In this document: piece after piece, positions 1 to 6,621 of the stretch
Layout: each line of letters starts with the position of its first letter
Numbering within the stretch: position 1 is the first letter of the stretch
Origin: an uncultured Phycisphaerales bacterium
Lineage (GTDB): Bacteria > Planctomycetota > Phycisphaerae > UBA1845 > CAIVHJ01
DNA length: 18,013 bases
Direction of reading: 5' to 3'
NCBI GenBank assembly: GCA_903905665.1
Contig: CAIVHJ010000184.1
Coordinates: 1-18,013, forward strand
The notes under the pieces: generated by a model
What the model was told of the DNA's origin: nothing
Seen by the model: only the letters and a program-made list of their open reading frames with translations
Database searches by the model: none
Program-made: the position numbers and the translations under genes

Positions 1-48
1 GTGAACGTCGGCTCCATGCCGTGTATTCAGGGGTCTATCCACCTGAAT

Positions 49-870
49 CTAGCTTGCTGGGGGCTTTAGTTTTTTCAGGACCAAGGGGTTTTGTTTGCTG
101 TACCACTCTCCGTACTTTTTGTTTGTGGTGTCGTCCAAATCCATCACCAGTTTATAATCAGCAGCGAGCAATTCGTAAAAGCGGTCTTCTTTTCGTTCAT
201 AGAGTCGCTGTAGAGCCCAGAGGTAATAATCAATGACCTGCAATCCGGCATATTCTTCCGGTGTTCCGGAGAGTAGATCAGTAGGACGGTTCGAGGAAAT
301 GTTCCATTTCCGTTCGAAATTATGTTTTGCTTTGGCAATAGCATTCGCCAAAGCTTCTCGTCTTCCCCATTTGGAGTGTTTGGCGAAGACAATTCGATTG
401 CAATCCGCCTGATGTAGAAGGTTCTTGAACAATCTCTTAACCAGGTCATCGTAGATCACGCTGACGGATAGTTTCTTGCCAAATTGTGTTTGAGAAATAC
501 GGGCCGCAGATACCAATTCTTCTTTTCGGCGGACTGCAATCTGGACCTCGGCGTTCAGCTTTGGCAATAGCGTGAACATTTCTCGACGGACTTCGGGCAG
601 ATCATTCTTGGCATGGAATAGCAAGGCCGTTTTTTGTGCATCAGGTCGCATGGATGGAACATCTTTGAAGTAAGGATCTTTCATCAAGTGGGTGCGAAGA
701 TCGGTGAGTAGTTTGTTTGCCTCTTCGGGATGAGGCAAATAGGCCACCCCGACCATGAACACGCGCGAGACTCCTTCCTGGCCTACAATCGAAGATCCGC
801 GTTTGTTAAAGAGGGTCAAATCACCCGCTTCATCCACGAAGTAATGGCGAATGACCTGCGATTCCGTCAT
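49..870 (-). CDS. hypothetical protein, DUF3800-like (N-terminal F-V-D-E-A-G motif, possibly an RNase H-like fold)
   Basis: The ORF is 273 aa and starts at an ATG whose ATGA overlaps the stop of the upstream small ORF. The N-terminus 'RHYFVDEAGDL' resembles the Y-x-D-E-S-G motif of DUF3800 proteins. A C-terminal 'GLQVIDYYLWALQ' acidic motif is also present. The family call is from memory of Pfam descriptions, not a search. Confidence 0.45.
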   Translation of the reverse strand: MTESQVIRHYFVDEAGDLTLFNKRGSSIVGQEGVSRVFMVGVAYLPHPEEANKLLTDLRTHLMKDPYFKDVPSMRPDAQKTALLFHAKNDLPEVRREMFTLLPKLNAEVQIAVRRKEELVSAARISQTQFGKKLSVSVIYDDLVKRLFKNLLHQADCNRIVFAKHSKWGRREALANAIAKAKHNFERKWNISSNRPTDLLSGTPEEYAGLQVIDYYLWALQRLYERKEDRFYELLAADYKLVMDLDDTTNKKYGEWYSKQNPLVLKKLKPPAS

Positions 871-1106
871 TGTGTCCCCTCTTCCACGATCTTGATTTCG
901 TCCTCGGTCAAACCATAAAGCTCATACACCAGCCGGTCAATCTGGCGGTCCAGCGCGACGCACTTGCTCTCATAGTACGCCTTGTCCTTGTCCGTCTTCG
1001 CCTTCGACAATTCCTGCTTCGACTTCAACATCGCCTCCACCCGCTGCACCATCTGGTTGTGCCGCGCTGAATTGACGGGCTTCAGCCGCCGCCTGTTTGA
1101 AGACAC
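867..1106 (-). pseudogene. C-terminal fragment of a restriction-modification N6-adenine methyltransferase / type IIG enzyme (…LDRQIDRLVYELYGLTEDEIKIVEEG)
   Basis: The 79-aa ORF has a GTG start and ends with the '…VYELYGLTEDEIKIVE' motif that terminates many type II/IIG RM methyltransferases and BREX PglX. Its frame shows near-perfect GC3 (all G/C at third codon positions across 1021-1068), so it is true coding sequence. It is far too short to be a functional MTase. Its 5' end overlaps out of frame with the upstream membrane-protein gene. Confidence 0.45.
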
Positions 1107-1986
1107 GGTGGTACCGAAACAGCAGAATCAGCCACCAGATGCCAAAGACAATTATTGGTATTCCGCCCAAACAGCCGAAAATGGTCATGCCTGCGATGGT
1201 TCCTCCGCCCATCGCCGTGCCGGAAGAAGGCGGGACCGATCCGACGCTGCCGAATGAAGTTCCCACTCGTGTTAACCGACCGCTTGTAACTGCCGCAGTG
1301 ATTCCGATAGCTCCGGCAACGCTCAGAAGCAGATACGAAACACATACCCCCCACATGACGATTCCAGTCGATTTCGCCAAACTGTGATCCGGGATGCGCA
1401 TCGCGAATCGTCGCAGATAAACAAAAAAACCAAAATACAAACCGATGCCCACCAACATCAGCACCAGGGCAAGGATGATCAACCATATCGGAACAAGGGT
1501 AGTTTGCGCGACTTGGATGATTGTTGCTCCAACAACATTGAGCAATGCTCCCAGTCGAATGAACTTTCGCAGGCTGACCGTATCTTCGTGCAGTGAGATT
1601 CGAGGTTCCTGCGCGGTGATCAATAACATCGACCATAGGGTCAAACCCGAAGGAATCAACGACAATGTGACGGACCAGCCTGCAGAGAAGCCCAAAGATC
1701 GCAGGAGCCCCGATGCCAGTCCGATGACGAAGCCGACGAGTATATTCCAGAGCATAAGCAGGACACCAAGGCGGAGCTGGTCCACCCAATCCGGATCGGA
1801 ATATTTGAGCAGATTTCCGAAAGACGATCGGCTGATGGCTGCACCGCATTCGGGGCACCGCCCGCCCAATCGCAACCCGCGCAGGTTGTACCCGCAAGAC
1901 ATGCAATCCATGTCCTGTTCGATCAATTGGTTGGGGTTCACGATGGTGGCTTGAGGGGGGGACGAGATGGGTACTCCAAGTGTCAT
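970..1986 (-). CDS. membrane protein with N-terminal zinc-ribbon (CxxC…CPEC) and multiple TM helices
   Basis: The N-terminus 'MDCMSCGYNLRGLRLGGRCPECG' is a zinc-ribbon. About 6-7 hydrophobic helices follow. A GAAGGAG Shine-Dalgarno sequence lies 8 nt upstream of the ATG at 1986. The last ~40 codons are an Ala/Gly/Glu low-complexity tail that overlaps the better-coding RM-fragment frame, so the annotated stop at 970 is doubtful. Confidence 0.6.
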   Translation of the reverse strand: MTLGVPISSPPQATIVNPNQLIEQDMDCMSCGYNLRGLRLGGRCPECGAAISRSSFGNLLKYSDPDWVDQLRLGVLLMLWNILVGFVIGLASGLLRSLGFSAGWSVTLSLIPSGLTLWSMLLITAQEPRISLHEDTVSLRKFIRLGALLNVVGATIIQVAQTTLVPIWLIILALVLMLVGIGLYFGFFVYLRRFAMRIPDHSLAKSTGIVMWGVCVSYLLLSVAGAIGITAAVTSGRLTRVGTSFGSVGSVPPSSGTAMGGGTIAGMTIFGCLGGIPIIVFGIWWLILLFRYHRVFKQAAAEARQFSAAQPDGAAGGGDVEVEAGIVEGEDGQGQGVL

Positions 1987-1999
1987 CAGAGACGCTCCT

Positions 2000-2701
2000 T
2001 CACTTGAATCCCGGGATGATGCCGGTGCCGAGGCTTCGCCAGAAATACCACGTGGCGACGGAGCGGTAAGGTCGGAATTTCTCGCCGAAGCGAATGAGTT
2101 CGTCGCGTTTGGTTTTGGGTAAGATTTGGTAATTGCGAAATAGCGCCTGACGAAGTCCCAGATCGTCCACCGGCCAGACGTCGGGCCGTTGAAGATTGAA
2201 AATCAGAATCATTTCCGCGGTCCAAACCCCGACACCGTGGAGTTGAATCAAGTGCTCAACGACCTGCTCGTCGCTCATTTTTTTCAATCGGGCGGATCGA
2301 AGGTATCCCTGCATGGCGTGTTGAGAGACATCGCGAAGGTATGAGACTTTTTGTCGAGATAATCCCGCCCCGCGAAGTCGAACCGTGGACAGTCCCGACA
2401 GATTTCGCGCCGTCAGACGCCGAGCCGGGCACAAACCCCGAACCCGTCCTACAATCGTCTGCGCCGCTTTCATCGACAACTGTTGATGAACAATGGATTG
2501 AACAAGCGCGTCAAACGTATCCTTCACGGTTCCGGGTATGAACGGACCAACCCCTGAGATAATTTCTCCCAGTACGGGATCCGCCTCGCGTAATTGCTTC
2601 CTGGCTCGCCTCACAAATGACGCGTTTTCAAAGCATCCGTTGCTCAATGGGCTTGATGGGAGTGACTTCATGGCGGGAATCTTATCGAAATTCCGCCCCA
2701 A
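2000..2701 (-). CDS. alkA: DNA-3-methyladenine glycosylase II family (AlkA-like, HhH-GPD domain)
   Basis: The protein is 233 aa. 'LHGVGVWTAEMILIFNLQRPDVWPVDDLGLRQA' matches the HhH-GPD helix-hairpin-helix with the catalytic Asp, as in AlkA 'GIGRWTANYF…LPDDYL'. The start could alternatively be Met11 at 2671. Confidence 0.75.
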   Translation of the reverse strand: MGRNFDKIPAMKSLPSSPLSNGCFENASFVRRARKQLREADPVLGEIISGVGPFIPGTVKDTFDALVQSIVHQQLSMKAAQTIVGRVRGLCPARRLTARNLSGLSTVRLRGAGLSRQKVSYLRDVSQHAMQGYLRSARLKKMSDEQVVEHLIQLHGVGVWTAEMILIFNLQRPDVWPVDDLGLRQALFRNYQILPKTKRDELIRFGEKFRPYRSVATWYFWRSLGTGIIPGFK

Positions 2702-2802
2702 ACACCATGCATCACATCATCCTTGACCTTGGGCGTCCTTTTTGCGAAACTACCCGCGCGCGGCCAGTCTTTAGCCACAACAATTCCACAGGAGGTTTTA
2801 CC

Positions 2803-4323
2803 TTGTCTTCCTCAGCATCCGGCGCATCCTTACCGGAACTGCCACCCAAAACTCTTTGGGGCCACCCCATCGGGCTATACGTCCTCTCCTCCACTGAGAT
2901 GTGGGAACGCTTCAGCTTCTACGCCATGCGGGGCATCCTGACGCTTTACATGGCCAAGGTCGTACTCGCGGGTCTGGGCACCGCAGCCGGCGGGCAGGCC
3001 GACCAAACGTATGGGGCTTACCTTGGTTTTGTATACGCGGCGACCTTCGTGGGAGGTATGCTCGCGGACCGACTACTCGGGCAACGTCGGGCGATCTACA
3101 TCGGCGGCTTCTTGATGGCGCTGGCGCAGTTCACGCTTATGACCCAGGCACTTATTGTGCGCTCCGGCAGCACCGCGAGTTACTTGTACCCGATGTTCTT
3201 CGCCGGTCTGGCACTTCTGGCCTGTGGCAACGGATTTTTCAAGCCGAACATCTCGACGATTGTGGGTACGTTGTATCCCGAGGGCGACCAGCGTCGCGAC
3301 AGCGCGTTCACCATTTTTTACATCGGCATCAACATCGGAGCTGCGATCTCCAGCTTGGCCAGCGCCGCGGGCGAGGCCTGGGGCTGGTATATCGGTTATT
3401 TCCTCGCCGGCACCGGCATGATTGTCTCCCTGGTCGTCTTCGCCTGGGGGAAGAAGTGGATCGTTGGCCGTGGACTGCCTCCAGTGGGTGCGCGTTTGCT
3501 GGGACGCGGCCGCTTAATTGTGCCCAATGTGATTCCGATCGTCGTTGGAGTGCTCTTGTTCGTTCCGGTCGCGGCTTATCTGATATCGCAGCCGCACCTG
3601 GTTCAATATCTTTCTGCCGTTATCGGCATACCCGTGTTGGTTTACCTGCTTTATGAAGCTTGGCGTGCCCCGCGAATAGAAGGTGGTCGGATGATCGTGG
3701 CCATCGTGCTGTGCATCTTTTCGATGCTGTTTTGGGGGTTCTTCGAGTTGGCGGGCAGCACGATTCAGCGCTTCGTTGAGGGTCGGATGGACCGGATGGT
3801 CTTCGGCTGGGAAATGCAGGCCACGTTCATCAACAACGTGATCAACCCAGTCCTGATCGTGATGATGGGGATCTCGTTTTCCACGCTGTGGGTCTGGTTG
3901 GATCGTCGCGGTCTTGAGCCGTCTTCACCGTTCAAGTTCTCGCTTGGATTACTGCAGCTTGGGCTTGGTTTTTTGGTTCTGTGGCTTGCGGCGAGCCGCG
4001 CCGGTGCCACGGGTAAGAGCAGTATGTACTGGTTGTTCCTGACCTATTTCCTGTTCACGACCGGCGAGTTGTGCCTTTCGCCCGTGGGTCTTTCAATGAT
4101 CACCAAGCTTGCGCCAGCGCGGCTTGTTGGCGTGTTCATGGGCACATGGTTTCTATCGTCGGCCCTTGCCAATGTAATCACCGGTGGAGCCGTCGGTCGA
4201 TTGACGCAAACATACGATTTCGCACCAGTGTTTCTTGGTATTGCTGGTACCACGGGTGGAGCGGCATTGTTGTTGTTTATTCTCACGCCGCTGCTCAAGA
4301 AATTGATGCATGGTGTCAAATAG
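2803..4323 (+). CDS. proton-dependent oligopeptide transporter (POT/PTR2 family, DtpT-like)
   Basis: 'GHPIGLYVLSSTEMWERFSFYAMRGILTLYM' is the POT signature (E-x-x-ERFxYY). About 12-14 TM helices follow. An in-frame TTG at 2803 is preceded by a perfect GGAGG (2791-2795) at 7 nt spacing. The upstream part of the six-frame ORF (from 2617) overlaps the divergent alkA start and is not coding. Confidence 0.8.
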   Translation: MSSSASGASLPELPPKTLWGHPIGLYVLSSTEMWERFSFYAMRGILTLYMAKVVLAGLGTAAGGQADQTYGAYLGFVYAATFVGGMLADRLLGQRRAIYIGGFLMALAQFTLMTQALIVRSGSTASYLYPMFFAGLALLACGNGFFKPNISTIVGTLYPEGDQRRDSAFTIFYIGINIGAAISSLASAAGEAWGWYIGYFLAGTGMIVSLVVFAWGKKWIVGRGLPPVGARLLGRGRLIVPNVIPIVVGVLLFVPVAAYLISQPHLVQYLSAVIGIPVLVYLLYEAWRAPRIEGGRMIVAIVLCIFSMLFWGFFELAGSTIQRFVEGRMDRMVFGWEMQATFINNVINPVLIVMMGISFSTLWVWLDRRGLEPSSPFKFSLGLLQLGLGFLVLWLAASRAGATGKSSMYWLFLTYFLFTTGELCLSPVGLSMITKLAPARLVGVFMGTWFLSSALANVITGGAVGRLTQTYDFAPVFLGIAGTTGGAALLLFILTPLLKKLMHGVK

Positions 4324-4344
4324 AAGGTGGTCTGTCGCTGAAAA

Positions 4345-4353
4345 TGGTACAAT
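4345..4353 (+). promoter_or_regulatory. extended -10-like element TGGTACAAT upstream of the 3-hydroxyacyl-CoA dehydrogenase gene
   Basis: A TGn-TACAAT motif lies 73 nt upstream of the ATG at 4426. The same GGTAC-A/T-rich hexamer architecture recurs at 5811 and 9196. The call rests on sequence pattern only. Confidence 0.2.
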
Positions 4354-4425
4354 GCTGCTGATTGGTATCCTTCTATTTGAAAATTTCGTGTGTAGGGTCA
4401 GTTAAAATTTGTTGGGAATGGCCGG

Positions 4426-5628
4426 ATGTTGATCGGTTTGATCGGGACTGGGGACTTGGTGGAGGAGTTGGCGCTGCTGATGGCGTATCAGCGGTGTTCG
4501 GTTGTGGTGATGGTGTCCGGGGCGGACTCGGCGGAAGTGATGCAGGACCACCTGCGCAATCGACTCCGATCCATGGTAGCCGGTCGGGCGTTGTCATCCG
4601 GTGAAGCCAGTCGAGTGGAAGAGAACATCAACCTCGCGGCGGACGCCAAAAGCATGGACGGTTGCGAGTGGGTGCTCGAAGCCCTGGACCATGATCTCGA
4701 TGCCAAAGTCAAAATCCTTCTGCCTGTGATTCCGGTTGTCGATCCGTCGGCGGTGTTTTCCACGACGGAGAGTTTGTGTTCGGTTTCCGAGTTGGGACGT
4801 CGGTTGAGAATTCCCGAACGGGTTTGCGGAACTCATTTTGTTCATCCGACCACCCAGGTCGGTCTGGTGGAACTCGTCCACGGTGTTCAGACCGATCCCG
4901 CCGTACTGGACCGCGTGGCTCAGCAAATGACCGGTTGGGGCGCCACCCTGGTCCGGGTCAAGGATTCTCCCGGATTGATCGTGGACCGTGTGATGCGTCC
5001 GTTCGTTCTGGAGGCGCTTCGGATCGTTGAAGAGCGGTTGGCGGCCTGTGAGAGCGTCGATCTGATCGTCAAGGAAATGGGCGGATTCCGAAACGGGCCG
5101 TTTGAAATGATGGATAACCTCGGACTTGACGTCGATTATCGAATGACGCAGGACCTCTACCAGCGCCTGAATAAATGTCCCCGGTTCAAACCCTCCGAAA
5201 TTCATCGGCGATTGGTGGATCAAGGGCAGTTGGGTCGAAAGACTGGCAGCGGTTTTTATAATTACCAACTCGAAAAACCGGAAATCGCCTATCGTCTGGA
5301 CAGCGAAGAACCGTATCTTCCGCCGCGCATGAAAGAATCGTGTGAGGCGCTGCTTCGCGTGGGCAACTGGGACATCCGACCGGAATCCGGTTACGTGTTT
5401 CTGCGGATTTTGTGCGCGGTCATGAACGAAGCCGCGCTGGTCGAGGAGGAGGGAATCGCCTCGCAGCAGGATATTGATTTGGCGATGAGCGTCGGCATGG
5501 AATTTCCGCGAGGTCCATTGGCGTGGGCGGCCCAGATGGGTCCATCGCTCGTCGGGGCGTTTCTGCGCACGATGAATGCCGAAGTCGGCGACAATCGCTT
5601 CTTCCCCGCCCGTCGCTTCAATCTGTAA
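4426..5628 (+). CDS. 3-hydroxyacyl-CoA dehydrogenase family protein (3-hydroxybutyryl-CoA dehydrogenase-like)
   Basis: 'ERVCGTHFVHPTTQVGLVELVHG' aligns to '[23 protein letters not shown]', which contains the catalytic His. 'VRVKDSPGLIVDRVMRPFVLEALRIVEE' aligns to 'VVVKDSPGFIVNRLLxPYxNEA'. The C-terminal domain 'IDLAMSVGMEFPRGPLAWAAQMG' is also present. The N-terminal dinucleotide motif is degenerate (IGTGDLV). Confidence 0.7.
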   Translation: MLIGLIGTGDLVEELALLMAYQRCSVVVMVSGADSAEVMQDHLRNRLRSMVAGRALSSGEASRVEENINLAADAKSMDGCEWVLEALDHDLDAKVKILLPVIPVVDPSAVFSTTESLCSVSELGRRLRIPERVCGTHFVHPTTQVGLVELVHGVQTDPAVLDRVAQQMTGWGATLVRVKDSPGLIVDRVMRPFVLEALRIVEERLAACESVDLIVKEMGGFRNGPFEMMDNLGLDVDYRMTQDLYQRLNKCPRFKPSEIHRRLVDQGQLGRKTGSGFYNYQLEKPEIAYRLDSEEPYLPPRMKESCEALLRVGNWDIRPESGYVFLRILCAVMNEAALVEEEGIASQQDIDLAMSVGMEFPRGPLAWAAQMGPSLVGAFLRTMNAEVGDNRFFPARRFNL

Positions 5629-5810
5629 TATCCGTGACATCCGCTTCGTTCGTCAATTTCCAACCAACCGGACTTGCCTGTTGCATCGTGCTCGTAGATT
5701 CATCGTTCAGTATTCCTCATTCCTCGTTCTCTTCTATGTCCTTTGGTTTCAGCGTGTTATGCCGGTTATAAAAATGGATTCGGGTTATCATGGGCAGAAC
5801 CGAATCTGTG

Positions 5811-5819
5811 TGGTACATT
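5811..5819 (+). promoter_or_regulatory. extended -10-like element TGGTACATT upstream of the NfeD-flotillin operon
   Basis: A TGn-TACATT motif lies 43 nt upstream of the proposed start at 5862. It parallels TGGTACAAT at 4345. Confidence 0.2.
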
Positions 5820-5861
5820 GAATCTGGACATCCGGTCGAATCGCGCCGCACGAGGCGCCCA

Positions 5862-6605
5862 ATGGAGATTGCAACAATGTTCATCCTCTGGAGCATGATG
5901 TTTGTCGGCTGGACCGGCACGCTGCCCGCCATCGCGGATATGACCGGCGTGTACGTGATCTGCCTCGTTATCGGTGGAGGGATGCTGGTTATCTCGACCG
6001 TTTTGGGTGGTCACGGGCATACTGACCTTGGGGGAGTGGATGGTGCGGGCCACGTCGGATTTGATGCACACGCGGACGCACCGACGGGGATGGACGTTCA
6101 CACCGATGTCCCTGGCCATGTCGATACGCATGGGGGCGATTTTGGCGTGTCCGCTCATCATGGCTGGGCGTGGTCCAACTGGTTCTCGGTGCAATTCGTG
6201 GTTTATGCGACGGCGACATTCGGTATGGTCGGAACGATACTGACGTATTTGTCCGATTGGCCCGCGGAGCAGATTACGTGGACTTCGCTCATCAGTGGGC
6301 TTTTGATGGGCCAGTTGGTGCATCAGATTATCCGCAAAATCCGCAGAACCGAAGCCGTACTTCCGGTTTCTCCGGCGGAATTTGTCGGTAAGATCGCGCG
6401 AGTCACGGTTTCGGTTGTTCCACCGGGAATGGGCGAAGTCGCTGTGATGGTTCGTGGTTCGGAGCACTTTTTACCCGTTCGCACCAAACACGATCATGAT
6501 AAGTTTCTGACGGGCAGCGAAGTCGCGATTGCGTCTCTCAGTCAAAGTGTGGCCGAGGTCGTCAGCCCTCAGGAATATGAATTTATTTCCGATTCCAAAA
6601 CATGA
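5862..6605 (+). CDS. NfeD-like membrane protein (short YuaF-type, C-terminal OB-fold), with an inserted His/Asp-rich loop
   Basis: N-terminal TM helices are followed by a C-terminal 'GKIARVTVSVVPPGMGEVAVMVRGSEHFLPVRTKHDHDKFLTGSEVAIASLSQSVAEV' segment typical of the NfeD beta-barrel. The gene sits immediately upstream of a flotillin gene, which is the canonical nfeD-floT arrangement. The start was chosen at Met25 of the six-frame ORF, which has a GAGG 6 nt upstream. Alternatives are 5790 or 5877. Confidence 0.6.
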   Translation: MEIATMFILWSMMFVGWTGTLPAIADMTGVYVICLVIGGGMLVISTVLGGHGHTDLGGVDGAGHVGFDAHADAPTGMDVHTDVPGHVDTHGGDFGVSAHHGWAWSNWFSVQFVVYATATFGMVGTILTYLSDWPAEQITWTSLISGLLMGQLVHQIIRKIRRTEAVLPVSPAEFVGKIARVTVSVVPPGMGEVAVMVRGSEHFLPVRTKHDHDKFLTGSEVAIASLSQSVAEVVSPQEYEFISDSKT

Positions 6606-6621
6606 AGGAGGTCCAGGGATC

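Noticed and set aside
28-47. Small hairpin TCAGG-N10-CCTGA just downstream of the DUF3800-like gene
   Set aside because: It is only a 5-bp stem with a 10-nt loop and no U-tract. That is too weak to call a terminator.
2617-2802. Upstream extension of the POT transporter ORF overlapping alkA
   Set aside because: The in-frame TTG at 2803 has a perfect GGAGG at ideal spacing, and the conserved POT N-terminus begins right after it. The extension would overlap the divergent alkA coding start.
2901-3656. 251-aa alternate-frame ORF inside the POT gene and 274-aa alternate-frame ORF (1082..1906) inside the membrane-protein gene
   Set aside because: They are Arg-rich nonsense frames. The main frames have transmembrane periodicity and family motifs.
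3675-4332. Exact 14-mer AATAGAAGGTGGTC present twice (3675-3688 inside the POT gene and 4319-4332 spanning its stop codon)
   Set aside because: The expected number of chance 14-mer repeats in 18 kb is ~0.5. There is no extension of identity on either side, and both copies have an obvious local coding or stop role. It is probably coincidence.
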